From Bacillota bacterium (GTDB taxonomy: Bacteria; Bacillota; Clostridia; Christensenellales; Pumilibacteraceae): a DNA stretch of 64,000 bases. Shown piece by piece: positions 1 through 9,515 of the stretch (position 1 is the first letter of the stretch; the number at the start of each line of letters is the position of its first letter). Made by a program: the position numbers and the translations under genes. Location of the stretch: positions 1 to 64,000 of the forward strand of contig WRAY01000012.1 of the NCBI GenBank assembly GCA_009779975.1, given 5' to 3'. A model generated the notes under the pieces. That model was not told the origin of the DNA. It ran no database searches and saw only the letters and a program-made list of their open reading frames with translations.

Positions 1-117
1 CCCAATCCTTTTTTACTCCCGGTTTTTTTTTTTCCCACTTCTAATTTTACACCCCATAACAAAAAAAAACCCCCCCCTTTCTGTTTCCTCCGGGCCGCCC
101 CCCCCCCCCCCTCCGAT

Positions 118-300
118 GAAGAAGTCTGCTTTTCCGTCAGCAACAAACAAGAACTCTAATTCTTCATGAGTGTGGGGAATAAAACCTGACCATCCGTCAT
201 TCGTGTGGTGGGCTCGCAAAAATCTGATACTAAAACCTTTAGTATCATAAGTGATAGTTTCTCTTTCAAATGCGCTATTTGTCAATTTTTGCGGGAGCAT
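118..300 (-). CDS. partial AraC-family regulator, N-terminal cupin-like sensor domain (3' part lost in contig-end homopolymer junk)
   Basis: ORF 13..300(-) begins MLPQKLTNSAFERETITYDTKGFSIRFLRAHHTNDGWSGFIPHTHEELEFLFV, a cupin/AraC N-domain-like HxH..E pattern. Beyond about 120 the frame runs into poly-G/poly-F translation of homopolymer runs (G11-14, T12, A9, C8) at 1..120. Confidence 0.3.
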
Positions 301-443
301 TAGACATAAATTATATCACAATTCTAAAAACAAGTCAAGAAAAAATAGAACATTTTTTCGACAAAAAGTCAAAATTGTGCTAGTTTTTTCCAATATATCT
401 ATAGTATTGAAATGCAGATATAAGGTATAATATGTAGTGTCTA

Positions 444-2264
444 ATGCTAATATTTGGACTAATACGAAGTATAAAAAGTAAATTTGTCATAGCAATAGCA
501 CTTAGTTTGTTGTTGTTTGTCTTTGCATGCACTCCGCCGAATGGTTCAACAAATCGATGCGATTATTATTACTGCGATTGTTACTATGAATGTGAATTAA
601 CTTGTGATTGTCAAGATACTCACGGCAATGGAAACAACGGAAACGGGAATGGACAAGAAAACGGAAATGGTAACGGCAAAGAGAATGGCGGAGATGAGGA
701 ACACGATTGCGGATACTATGATTGTGAATGTGAATATTGCGAAACGGATTGTGATTGCAAATATTTTTCAGGACAACAGATGGATTTAAGACTGGGAACT
801 GTGACAGAAGGTGCGCCCATTTACGAAGGAGCGTTGAGCGTGTTTGTTGAGGGGCAAGAACTTCAAATGCATCGGGTGATGGTTTCTAATCAACGAGTGT
901 GGACGGCAATTCCAACAAGAGTGGCGGCAGCAGTCGGATATGTTTATTTGAGCGGAGGGGATGCAAGAATTATTATTGATTTTGGGACAGATGTCAGTTT
1001 TGCAACGATAAGACCGCTTGCAAGAGAGATTGTTCCGACAGTGCAAGGAAGCAGAATTATTTTCACAACCAATGGGACAGGCACTTATATCATAGAGCCA
1101 AATGGGGACTACAGACGGGCAGTATTTATTTTTGTTGATGAATATTCTTGTGAAAGACCTCCGCCAAACACTCAAAATATTATTGTTTTTGAACCCGGGC
1201 TCCATGATGCAGGCAATAGCCCTCACATCAACACAACAGCAAGTCAAACCAACCCGATAGACAGAGTGACGCTTCAATCTAACACAACAGTTGTCATAGA
1301 AGAAGGGGCGGTAGTCAGAGCGCAGTTTTTTGGCTCAAATGTTCATAATGTTCGAATAACAGGCAGGGGAATAATTGACGGCTCAACATTTGTTCGGCAA
1401 TTTCCGCTGCAAGGAGTTGCCGGGCGTCAAACAGTTCCGATAGAGTTTCAACATTCATCAAATATCATATTAGAGGACTTTGCAGTCCATGACCCGGCAG
1501 GTTGGGTCGTTCACTTCTTTTTTGTCAGAGACAGCCTCATTTGCGGAATTAGAATGTTCACATCAAGAAGCAACGGTGACGGAGTGTCGCTCCAAAGCAA
1601 TCGTAATGTTACTGTCAGAGGAGTTTTTGTCAGGGCTTGGGACGATGCGTTGGTTGTCAAAAACTATCCGACAACTCGTCACGGAGTGCCAAACGGAGTA
1701 ACTTATAACATATTGTTTGAAGATTGTGAAATTTGGGTGGATTTGGCGCAGGCAATGGAAATTGGCTATGAAACAGTCGGCGAAGTAATGCGTGACATAA
1801 CATTCAGGAACATAACTGTTTTTCATGCTTTTCATCAAGCAGTAATGAGTATCAACAACGCAAACAACGCAAACATCCAAAATATTCTTTGGGAAAACAT
1901 AGTTGTTGAAAACGCCTCAATGGGAATGGGAAGTGCGGGAACAACAGGAAGAGTGCATCTTATTCACATGCGTAATATACACAGCGCTACTTGGTCAGAC
2001 GCATGGGGAATAACGCCTCTGGGACAAATTGACGGAGTGACAATAAGGAATGTTCAAGTTTTGGATGATTTGACTTTCAATCGGCAAAGAGTGCATATCT
2101 TGGCTTGGGGAGTGCAAGAGGGCAGGCAAGGTTTTGAAAGAACGGGTCACTATGTCAGGAATGTGACAATTGAAGATGTCTATTTCAGGGGAGAGCGTGT
2201 GACAGAAGAAAATGCAGTTTTTACAAGGTCGGCAAATTGGGTGGAAAACTTTGTTATCAGGTAA
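444..2264 (+). CDS. secreted lipoprotein; right-handed parallel beta-helix glycoside hydrolase (GH28/GH49/GH87-like) with N-terminal Cys/Tyr-rich knots and a GNGN linker
   Basis: Signal peptide plus lipobox (LLLFVFAC). Duplicated CxYYxCxCxYxCExxCDC modules flank a GNGNNGNGNG repeat. The beta-helix signature is SRSNGDGVSLQSNRNVTVRGVFVRAWDDALVVKN (NTDG-like NGDG, GDDC-like WDDALVVK) with many NVTI/RNVTI rung motifs. It is a paralogue of the next gene. Confidence 0.6.
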   Translation: MLIFGLIRSIKSKFVIAIALSLLLFVFACTPPNGSTNRCDYYYCDCYYECELTCDCQDTHGNGNNGNGNGQENGNGNGKENGGDEEHDCGYYDCECEYCETDCDCKYFSGQQMDLRLGTVTEGAPIYEGALSVFVEGQELQMHRVMVSNQRVWTAIPTRVAAAVGYVYLSGGDARIIIDFGTDVSFATIRPLAREIVPTVQGSRIIFTTNGTGTYIIEPNGDYRRAVFIFVDEYSCERPPPNTQNIIVFEPGLHDAGNSPHINTTASQTNPIDRVTLQSNTTVVIEEGAVVRAQFFGSNVHNVRITGRGIIDGSTFVRQFPLQGVAGRQTVPIEFQHSSNIILEDFAVHDPAGWVVHFFFVRDSLICGIRMFTSRSNGDGVSLQSNRNVTVRGVFVRAWDDALVVKNYPTTRHGVPNGVTYNILFEDCEIWVDLAQAMEIGYETVGEVMRDITFRNITVFHAFHQAVMSINNANNANIQNILWENIVVENASMGMGSAGTTGRVHLIHMRNIHSATWSDAWGITPLGQIDGVTIRNVQVLDDLTFNRQRVHILAWGVQEGRQGFERTGHYVRNVTIEDVYFRGERVTEENAVFTRSANWVENFVIR

Positions 2265-2297
2265 GAGAGAGGCGGGGAACAAATAAAAAGGGAAAGG

Positions 2298-5200
2298 ATG
2301 AAAAGAAAAATGAAAAAAACATTAATGAAAGTAGTAGTTTTGGCTGTCGCACTGTTGATGAGTTTCAACTTTTTTGTTGCTTGCAACGGACCGGACCAAC
2401 CTTTGGAGCGGCCTCCGATGACTATCGGATTTGCAAATCTTAACATTGGCGGAGAAATAATGACACAAGTTCCTGAGACAGTTTATCAGGGGGATGCTTT
2501 TTTGGCAGAACTTGTTGGAATGACACCCGGAGGACCTGTCGGTCAAGGTATGACAACATTTAGTTTAGTGTCAGGGTCTGCAACTTTGAATGGTGCAATT
2601 CTAACCATAAACACTGATAACTTAGGGACTGTGACTGTTGTGGTTTCTGCAAGCAATCCTTATTTCACTCTTTATGAAAACTTGACAATTAGTTTTAATG
2701 TTGTGCGTCTTGCTCTTGATTATGATGTTAACTTAGGACTCGCTGACGGAGTTAGTATTCCTGACATGATTGCCCATAACGCACCGCTTGAATTGCAGTT
2801 TGTTGCAAGAAATATGGAAGGCGAGTCTTTGCCCGGGGCAGTCTTTAGCGTTGTGTTTGGAAATGCAACAATAAATCCTGCAACAGGACTTGCAGCAATC
2901 AACACCAGCAACTTAGGTTTTAGCCCTGTTATACTAAGAGCAGTTTATGGGGAATATGACCCGTCATATTTTGAAATGCAACTGGTCATCAGAGACCCGA
3001 ATATTCCTTATTATGTTGATGATGGCTCGCATGGACCTTTGAACACACTGTCTCACAATGTCGAGAGAGTAAATCGTAATGTCACCTCATCTCGTGTTCA
3101 CATTTTTGAAATGCCGTCAATAATTCCTCATTCTCCTCAAATTTCAAGAATGCAAGTCGAAGGTCATGATGTCCATGTCAAAGACGTCAGAGTCAATCAC
3201 GCAAGGAGTTTTAGTTGGGCAGCGCCAACAACAGTTGCGCAAGCGGCATGGTTTGATTTTGAAGGTTCAGTCAGAGTGACAGTTGCAGTCAACGGAACTG
3301 ATATTGACAATGCTGTTGTCCGTCCTCTTGCCCACAATATCACGCCGACAATTGTCGGAAATGTTATTTCCTTCACTCTACATCATCATGGACCTTTCAC
3401 TTTAGAATACACAACTGCCGAAGAAGAAAGAGCGTATCGCAATGCACTTCATATTTTCACAAACAGACCGGAAACAGAAGAAGAACGCATTGACCCCGAT
3501 AATATTCCCGCTAATTATTTCTACATAGGACCCGGTGTTTGGTATGGCGGAGCAATGTCGCTAGAGAGCGGTCAAACTCTTTATCTTGCCGGCGGAGCAG
3601 TTGTCTATGGCGGAATAAGAAGTGAAGGCGTTGAAAATGTCACAATCAGAGGAAGAGGAATGCTGAGCGGTGCAATTTTCCATCGCAGAAGCGACCCGGA
3701 ATTCACTCTTCCGATTGAGTTCCAGCGCTCAAGCAATCTTACTATTCGTGACATATCAATTATTGATCCGGCAGGTTGGGCAATCACAATTCAAAATTCA
3801 GACGATGTCGAAATTATTGATGTCAATATCATAACAGCGAGAGCAAACGGCGACGGAATTAGTATTCAATCTTCAAGAAATGTTCACATGACAGGCGGTT
3901 TTGTCCGAGCATGGGACGATGCGTTAGTTGTTAAAAATGTAGTTGAAGCCTCTCCGCAAGGACTTTTGAGCAGTTACAATATCCTTTTTGACAATGTTGT
4001 TCTCTGGGTCGACCTAGCCCAAGCAATGGAAGTTGGTTTTGAAGCACACGGTCCTGAAATCCGTAATGTTGAGTTCAGAAATATCACTGTTCTTTATGCT
4101 CATCATCTATCTCCAATTTCAATCAACAACGGTGACAAAGCTCATATCCACGACATAAGGTTTGTCAATATCACCGTAGAAAACGCATGGATGATGCCTT
4201 TAGGAGGTCAGCATGGCGGATTTTTGATTAATATTCGTTCAACATGGCATTCAGTTTGGTCAGCCCCTGCCTCAAGTGCAGACACAGTGGGGCCTATCAA
4301 TAATGTTTTGATTGAAAATATTCGAGTGCTGAACGCAAGAAATAACATAAGAATTGCAATGCAGGGCGAACGCCTTCAATCAGGTGTGAGTAATGTCACA
4401 ATGCGTGACATCTATATTGAAGGAAGAAGAATGCTAAACCTTAGTGAACTCAGTCCTTCAAACAGCCAAGCAACCCCCGGAGCAAATCCTCCTGCTGTTA
4501 ACAACGGTTTTGGGGCCAATGTCAATGTGCCGACAATCACTTATGAATTTACTTCTCGTTTATTTGTGACAGGTGCGACAACTTTCTTGCCTTATATCAA
4601 CATGGTGCCTTTAACAGCAGTTGCAACAATTGAAATGACTGAAGGAAGAGTTCAAGGCGGAGTTGAAGTGCCATACTTTGTTCCGTCAATGCCAATTCCT
4701 TTCATGGGAACAAACATGCATCTTCCAAATTTGACTGTCCGTTCGCATCGTTATTTCGGAATAGGCGCAAACGCAACAGTTCCGGTCTCTCCGCTCCCGG
4801 TTCCTCCGCAAAGACCTGCAAGTTTTTCAGGTGATTGGGATTTTGATGTTGCAGGGCATGAGCCGCAAAACCTCTTTGACGGAAACAACAACACAACTTG
4901 GCGTTCACAAGATTTAAGCGGTTCAAGAGACACTGACAGAGAATTTGTTGCTCTGAGGTTTAACTTTGCAACTCCGAACAGCGACGGAATGTTCACAGAC
5001 CTAAGTTCAAGAAGAACAGTAGGTTTAGTCAGAATTCATTTCCCGGAAACCATCAACTATGTCATGGAATTTGACATTCAAGTAAGAGCGGCATGGGAAT
5101 CAGCAGAAGAGCATGGAAGTGATTGGAGACTCAACAACTTCATGGGAATGAGAAGGTTTACTGTTTTCCCGTCTGAAGACAGAGGAGCGTTTTTGGATAT

Positions 5201-5756
5201 TCAAATAACAGCAGTCCCTCTTTTTATGATGCAACTTCAATTTTTCACAATCGAGAACAGTGTTTTCCAATTTGACTATCTAGAGTTCACCCATATTGAA
5301 TTCTTGCCTCCGCCTCTGTCTCATGGGGCAGCAGTGACTGCATCTCATGGCTATAATGATGTTTATCCTCCTCGCAACCTAACAGACGGCTCACTCATGA
5401 CCTACTTTGAAGCAGGCATAATCGGTCCGTCACATGTGACAATTGACCTAGGTCAAGTCCACAATATCAGCGTCATTTCACTTCACTTGCCCCCAAGCCC
5501 TCACTGGACAACCAGAATTCAAGAAATAAGGATTGAAACAGCAACCGACGCAGCAATCACTGCAGGAACAACTTGGACACCTTTAGTTACGATGACACCG
5601 TTCACATTTGATCCGGCAACCGGAAATGTCAACACAATCCGCTCAGATGACGACATCTGGCAAAGCGGAATAAGAGAAGCAAGGCATGTCAGAATTCACC
5701 TCCACTCAAACTCACAAAACTTTGGCGGTCAGTTGTCATTAGTTGTTATATTGTAA
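2298..5756 (+). CDS. secreted multidomain parallel beta-helix glycoside hydrolase with C-terminal discoidin (F5/8 type C)-like carbohydrate-binding domains
   Basis: Signal peptide/lipobox (FFVACNG). The catalytic region ARANGDGISIQSSRNVHMTGGFVRAWDDALVVKN is near-identical in motif to ORF 444..2264. The C-terminal half has two discoidin-like segments (NLFDGNNNTTWRSQ...; NLTDGSLMTYFEAG...). Confidence 0.6.
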   Translation: MKRKMKKTLMKVVVLAVALLMSFNFFVACNGPDQPLERPPMTIGFANLNIGGEIMTQVPETVYQGDAFLAELVGMTPGGPVGQGMTTFSLVSGSATLNGAILTINTDNLGTVTVVVSASNPYFTLYENLTISFNVVRLALDYDVNLGLADGVSIPDMIAHNAPLELQFVARNMEGESLPGAVFSVVFGNATINPATGLAAINTSNLGFSPVILRAVYGEYDPSYFEMQLVIRDPNIPYYVDDGSHGPLNTLSHNVERVNRNVTSSRVHIFEMPSIIPHSPQISRMQVEGHDVHVKDVRVNHARSFSWAAPTTVAQAAWFDFEGSVRVTVAVNGTDIDNAVVRPLAHNITPTIVGNVISFTLHHHGPFTLEYTTAEEERAYRNALHIFTNRPETEEERIDPDNIPANYFYIGPGVWYGGAMSLESGQTLYLAGGAVVYGGIRSEGVENVTIRGRGMLSGAIFHRRSDPEFTLPIEFQRSSNLTIRDISIIDPAGWAITIQNSDDVEIIDVNIITARANGDGISIQSSRNVHMTGGFVRAWDDALVVKNVVEASPQGLLSSYNILFDNVVLWVDLAQAMEVGFEAHGPEIRNVEFRNITVLYAHHLSPISINNGDKAHIHDIRFVNITVENAWMMPLGGQHGGFLINIRSTWHSVWSAPASSADTVGPINNVLIENIRVLNARNNIRIAMQGERLQSGVSNVTMRDIYIEGRRMLNLSELSPSNSQATPGANPPAVNNGFGANVNVPTITYEFTSRLFVTGATTFLPYINMVPLTAVATIEMTEGRVQGGVEVPYFVPSMPIPFMGTNMHLPNLTVRSHRYFGIGANATVPVSPLPVPPQRPASFSGDWDFDVAGHEPQNLFDGNNNTTWRSQDLSGSRDTDREFVALRFNFATPNSDGMFTDLSSRRTVGLVRIHFPETINYVMEFDIQVRAAWESAEEHGSDWRLNNFMGMRRFTVFPSEDRGAFLDIQITAVPLFMMQLQFFTIENSVFQFDYLEFTHIEFLPPPLSHGAAVTASHGYNDVYPPRNLTDGSLMTYFEAGIIGPSHVTIDLGQVHNISVISLHLPPSPHWTTRIQEIRIETATDAAITAGTTWTPLVTMTPFTFDPATGNVNTIRSDDDIWQSGIREARHVRIHLHSNSQNFGGQLSLVVIL

Positions 5757-5870
5757 TTTGTAATTCATAAAGGATAGTTGGATTAGGATTAAATCTTATT
5801 TTATGCATTATGAATTATGTATTAAAAATACTAAGGTTGATAGCACCTTAAAAAACTATCAAAGGAGAAA

Positions 5871-8800
5871 ATGAAAATGAAAAAACAAAAAACAATGAAA
5901 AAGTCAAAATTAAGCGTTGTGTTGCTTTTAGCATTATGTTTGATTTTGGCTGTGTTGACGGCAGGGCTGTCCGGCACGCTTGTTCGTGCATCTGTCCCTG
6001 ACCATGCCGAAAACTACACATTCAATGCATTGCAGGATGAAGTTTTTGAGGACTTTGACCGCGTTGATGTTACTGACGAAGTCACGCCCTCAGGAGGTGC
6101 AACTGTTTTGCCTGAATCGTTTTTCAGAGCGGATTTAGTGAACCCTAACCCAATGCCAATCTCTCATGGCACTGCTGCGCTTTATGGAACAGCAGTCGGC
6201 GGTTTTTATGACCAAATTTCAACAAGATCATTCATGGGTTTCAGAATGAGAAGACCGGCAGGCAGCACAGTGTCTCTTTCTGACCTGCATCTTGGACTAA
6301 GACCGTCCAACTGGGCATATGCTCCAATTCAATGGACTGTTGACAGCAACGGCTATGTTGACACAGGTCACGAGCAAGCAGTTTTTGTTCGTTTTGACCA
6401 ACTTAACGGAAGCGAGTCATTTGCTTCAGAAGGAAGAGAATTATCTAATGACTGGCAATATTTTATTGTCGACTTAGAAGAGAGTTTTGTTGGATTGGAT
6501 TTTCCGGCAACACCTGCAGTAGGTGAAGCGCCGGCAAGACCGGCAGCCCAAGTAGCGCTTTCAAATGTTATGGGCTTCCATTTGACTTCGCAAGGACTAA
6601 CAGGCGAGAGTATTGACATTGAAAGAATCTTTCTTGCAGGAACTATGGCTGGTGCAAACAGACAAAACATCACAACATTCCACGGCGGAGCAACTCTTGC
6701 GGCAATGCAAGCAAATGAGTTCGGAGCATTTTGGGTCAACTCAAACGGAACAATACACAGAAGAAATGTAACTCTTCCTCAAAACGGAGTTGTTGAAATT
6801 GTAAACGAAGCAAATGCGGCAACTGCTTTTAACTATGCTGTTATCCAAGCAACAGGTGCAGTTGCAGGACTTAGAGTCCAAACTACCACTGACGGCGGAG
6901 ATACTTGGTCTAGTGAAGTTGCCCTAGTTCACAATGCACTTCCGCTAACAGGCGCAGTTGACGGCTTCAGAATAACAAACACCGGAACCGCAACTGTCAC
7001 TATCAACAGAATTTTCCTAACTAACTTCCTCGTAAGACAACCTGACCGCAATTTTCCGGCAATCGATGAAGACAGTATTTTCATGATTGACAATTATGCG
7101 GACACTCAACTTTCACTTCACCCTTATGGTCATGTCGGAGTAATTCCTCCTCGTGAAAGTGACCCTAATTCAATAATCGCAGGAAGATTCAGCCCTGCAT
7201 CTCTTCCGGGAACAAGTCTCAATGTCCAAAATGGCGTCTTGACAATGGACAGCGCAGCACATGACTGGATGAGTATGGACTTTGATATCTATGGAGCAGA
7301 CCAACCAAACCTTGCTCATCATGATTTCATTGTCTTTAGAGCAAGAACCACTAACTATGCTTCTTTTGCTAACTTCCGCTTCAATTTCAGAAGAACGGGA
7401 GCAGCCGCTTCACCTGTCAGATGGTTCAACAATGGCGGAGACAGAGTTCTTGCCGGCTATCAATTCGGAACAACAGCAAACCTTGGACTAAACCCTTATA
7501 TCGATGACGGCTGGGTTGACCTTATTGTTGACATCAACCTAACTTTCCCAGGTTTCGGAACCGGACTTCTTTCGGGAATGACCCTATTCTGGAGCGGAAA
7601 CGATGCACTAATCATCGACGAAATTTTCTTGGCATCAAGACAAACTCGTGATTTTACAGCAACTATAACCAATCGTGTTGAAATCGGACCATACGCAGAT
7701 GATTTGCCAATAACAATGGTTGCGCCGGCAGGTGCTGATGCTGCCGCTGCTAATATGTGGCTCGGACCATATCATGGAAACAATAGCCCTCTTCTTGTTT
7801 TGAGAATGAGAGCAGTAACTCCGGGTGCAAATCTTAACACATTGAGATTAGATTTTTGGGGTGCAGGCACAATTTATGTTGTCCCGGGTGAAGGCGGAAA
7901 CCAAATTGTTGACAACAACGGAGAACTTTGGAGACCTCTTTCAACTCAATCTCAATATTTCGTTATTGACTTATATGAAAGCGGTATCACAAATGATATT
8001 GCAGGAGTTGCGATTTGGCGTAACAGTTTAAACGGAACAGTTATCATCGAAGATATATTCTTTGCAGATGATGTTCAAATTGAATATGCACTTTTTGAAA
8101 ACTTTGAAGTCTATGGAAACCCAAGAACTTGGAATGCTCCGGGACCCGGTCATGCTTGGCTTGGACACTTCTATATCAACAATCCAACAAACTCTCCATT
8201 CCTAGTGTTTGAAATGAGAGGAGCAGTTGCTGGTATCGACATTGCTGATTTCAGATTCGAACTTCCCGGGCAAGGAACTGTTTGGGTAGGACATAACAAT
8301 GGTGCCGGAAGGATAGTTGACAACAACGGAAACTATTGGGGAGCATTAACAACAACAAATCAATTGTTTATTATAGACCTTGACGCTCTCGGAATTGCTC
8401 GCAGAGGTTTTGCTCATATGCATGTTCACAGTTATGGAACAGGCGGAGAGAATGTCATTGTCGACAGAGTTTTCTTTGCTTCATACTACCAAATACCAAC
8501 TCAATCATTGCCAACTCTTTTGCCTTCAGTTTCAATCAATGACACAGTTTTAGAAACCGGTGTTGCAGGAACTGCTATTCCTGTTGCATTCACTGCTGCC
8601 GGACATGGTGTAACAACTGCTGTGACAGTAAGAAGAGGTGACACTAACATTGCAGTATCAGCAAATACATTCACTCCGATGACTGCCGGTGAATATGTCG
8701 TGACAGTAACAACAACCGACATGTTCCAAAGAGTTGCAACTGTAACAAGAACAATAACAACGACACTTCCTGCGGCTCCGACAGTTACAATTGCTGACAC

Positions 8801-9401
8801 TGTCCCGGTAACAGGACATGTTGGCCAAACTATCACCGTTGCTTTCACTGCGACAGGAACTGCTCCGACGACTGTCGTGACAGTTCAAAGAGGCGAAGTT
8901 AACATTACCTTGACTGACAATGCTTTCGATTTGACTGAAGTTGGTGACTATCTGATAACTGTCAGAACAACTGACTCTTTTGGAAGATATGTGGTTGCAA
9001 CAAGAACTGTTGTCGTCACTCTTCCCGCTGCTCCATTAGTCACAATCGCTGCTTCTGTTCCGACAACAGCCTATACCGGTGAGACCATCACAGTTGCTTT
9101 CACTGCATCAGGAACAGATGTCACATCAGTCGTGACAGTAACAAGAGGCGAAACTAACATCACTGTGACAAACAATGCTTTTACTGTGACTGAAGTCGGA
9201 ACTTATGTTATCACTGTCACAACTACTGATGCTTTTGGAAGGTATGTGACTGCAACAAGAAGCGTTGTTGTAGCTGAAGAAGTAACCGGCTGTAAAGCAA
9301 TGAATGTTGCAACTTACAGTGCTATTGGTGCTGTAATCCTTTTAATCGGCGGACTGGCAATTTTATTCGTCATTAAGAAAAAGAGAAAAGAAAACGCTTA
9401 A
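5871..9401 (+). CDS. giant cell-surface protein: signal peptide, several beta-sandwich (CBM-like) modules, three tandem ~80-aa Ig-like repeats, C-terminal TM anchor with KKKRK tail
   Basis: N-terminus MKMKKQKTMKKSKLSVVLLLALCLILAV. Modules recur ending in I(F/D)FA(S/D). Three near-identical repeats TVTIADTVPVTG..TITVAFTA.GT...VVTV.RGE.NIT...NAF..TEVG.Y.ITV.TTD.FGRYV.ATR.VVV. The C-terminus is AIGAVILLIGGLAILFVIKKKRKENA. A second ATG at 5877 has better RBS spacing. Confidence 0.6.
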   Translation: MKMKKQKTMKKSKLSVVLLLALCLILAVLTAGLSGTLVRASVPDHAENYTFNALQDEVFEDFDRVDVTDEVTPSGGATVLPESFFRADLVNPNPMPISHGTAALYGTAVGGFYDQISTRSFMGFRMRRPAGSTVSLSDLHLGLRPSNWAYAPIQWTVDSNGYVDTGHEQAVFVRFDQLNGSESFASEGRELSNDWQYFIVDLEESFVGLDFPATPAVGEAPARPAAQVALSNVMGFHLTSQGLTGESIDIERIFLAGTMAGANRQNITTFHGGATLAAMQANEFGAFWVNSNGTIHRRNVTLPQNGVVEIVNEANAATAFNYAVIQATGAVAGLRVQTTTDGGDTWSSEVALVHNALPLTGAVDGFRITNTGTATVTINRIFLTNFLVRQPDRNFPAIDEDSIFMIDNYADTQLSLHPYGHVGVIPPRESDPNSIIAGRFSPASLPGTSLNVQNGVLTMDSAAHDWMSMDFDIYGADQPNLAHHDFIVFRARTTNYASFANFRFNFRRTGAAASPVRWFNNGGDRVLAGYQFGTTANLGLNPYIDDGWVDLIVDINLTFPGFGTGLLSGMTLFWSGNDALIIDEIFLASRQTRDFTATITNRVEIGPYADDLPITMVAPAGADAAAANMWLGPYHGNNSPLLVLRMRAVTPGANLNTLRLDFWGAGTIYVVPGEGGNQIVDNNGELWRPLSTQSQYFVIDLYESGITNDIAGVAIWRNSLNGTVIIEDIFFADDVQIEYALFENFEVYGNPRTWNAPGPGHAWLGHFYINNPTNSPFLVFEMRGAVAGIDIADFRFELPGQGTVWVGHNNGAGRIVDNNGNYWGALTTTNQLFIIDLDALGIARRGFAHMHVHSYGTGGENVIVDRVFFASYYQIPTQSLPTLLPSVSINDTVLETGVAGTAIPVAFTAAGHGVTTAVTVRRGDTNIAVSANTFTPMTAGEYVVTVTTTDMFQRVATVTRTITTTLPAAPTVTIADTVPVTGHVGQTITVAFTATGTAPTTVVTVQRGEVNITLTDNAFDLTEVGDYLITVRTTDSFGRYVVATRTVVVTLPAAPLVTIAASVPTTAYTGETITVAFTASGTDVTSVVTVTRGETNITVTNNAFTVTEVGTYVITVTTTDAFGRYVTATRSVVVAEEVTGCKAMNVATYSAIGAVILLIGGLAILFVIKKKRKENA

Positions 9402-9437
9402 TAAAAACCTTTAAAAAAATGATAGTTCGTTTTAATA

Positions 9438-9465
9438 GTGCGGGCGGTCTTAAGACCGCCCCTAC
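9438..9465. repeat. REP-like GC-rich palindrome (GTGCGGGCGGTCTTAAGACCGCCCCTAC)
   Basis: Perfect hairpin with stem GGGCGGTC/GACCGCCC. Same family as the copies at 52245, 52310, 52474, 53324, 56758, 58268 and 63863. It generates a spurious N-terminal extension (MRAVLRPPLLL) on the binding-protein ORF. Confidence 0.7.
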
Positions 9466-9515
9466 TATTAAAATGTCATAAAGACCAACCTAATCTCAAA
9501 AGGAGACCATCCAAA

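Noticed and set aside
9438-9515. N-terminal extension MRAVLRPPLLLKCHKDQPNLKRRPSK of the solute-binding protein ORF
   Set aside because: It is encoded by a REP palindrome and has no RBS. The true start is ATG 9516, preceded by AAAAGGAGACC.
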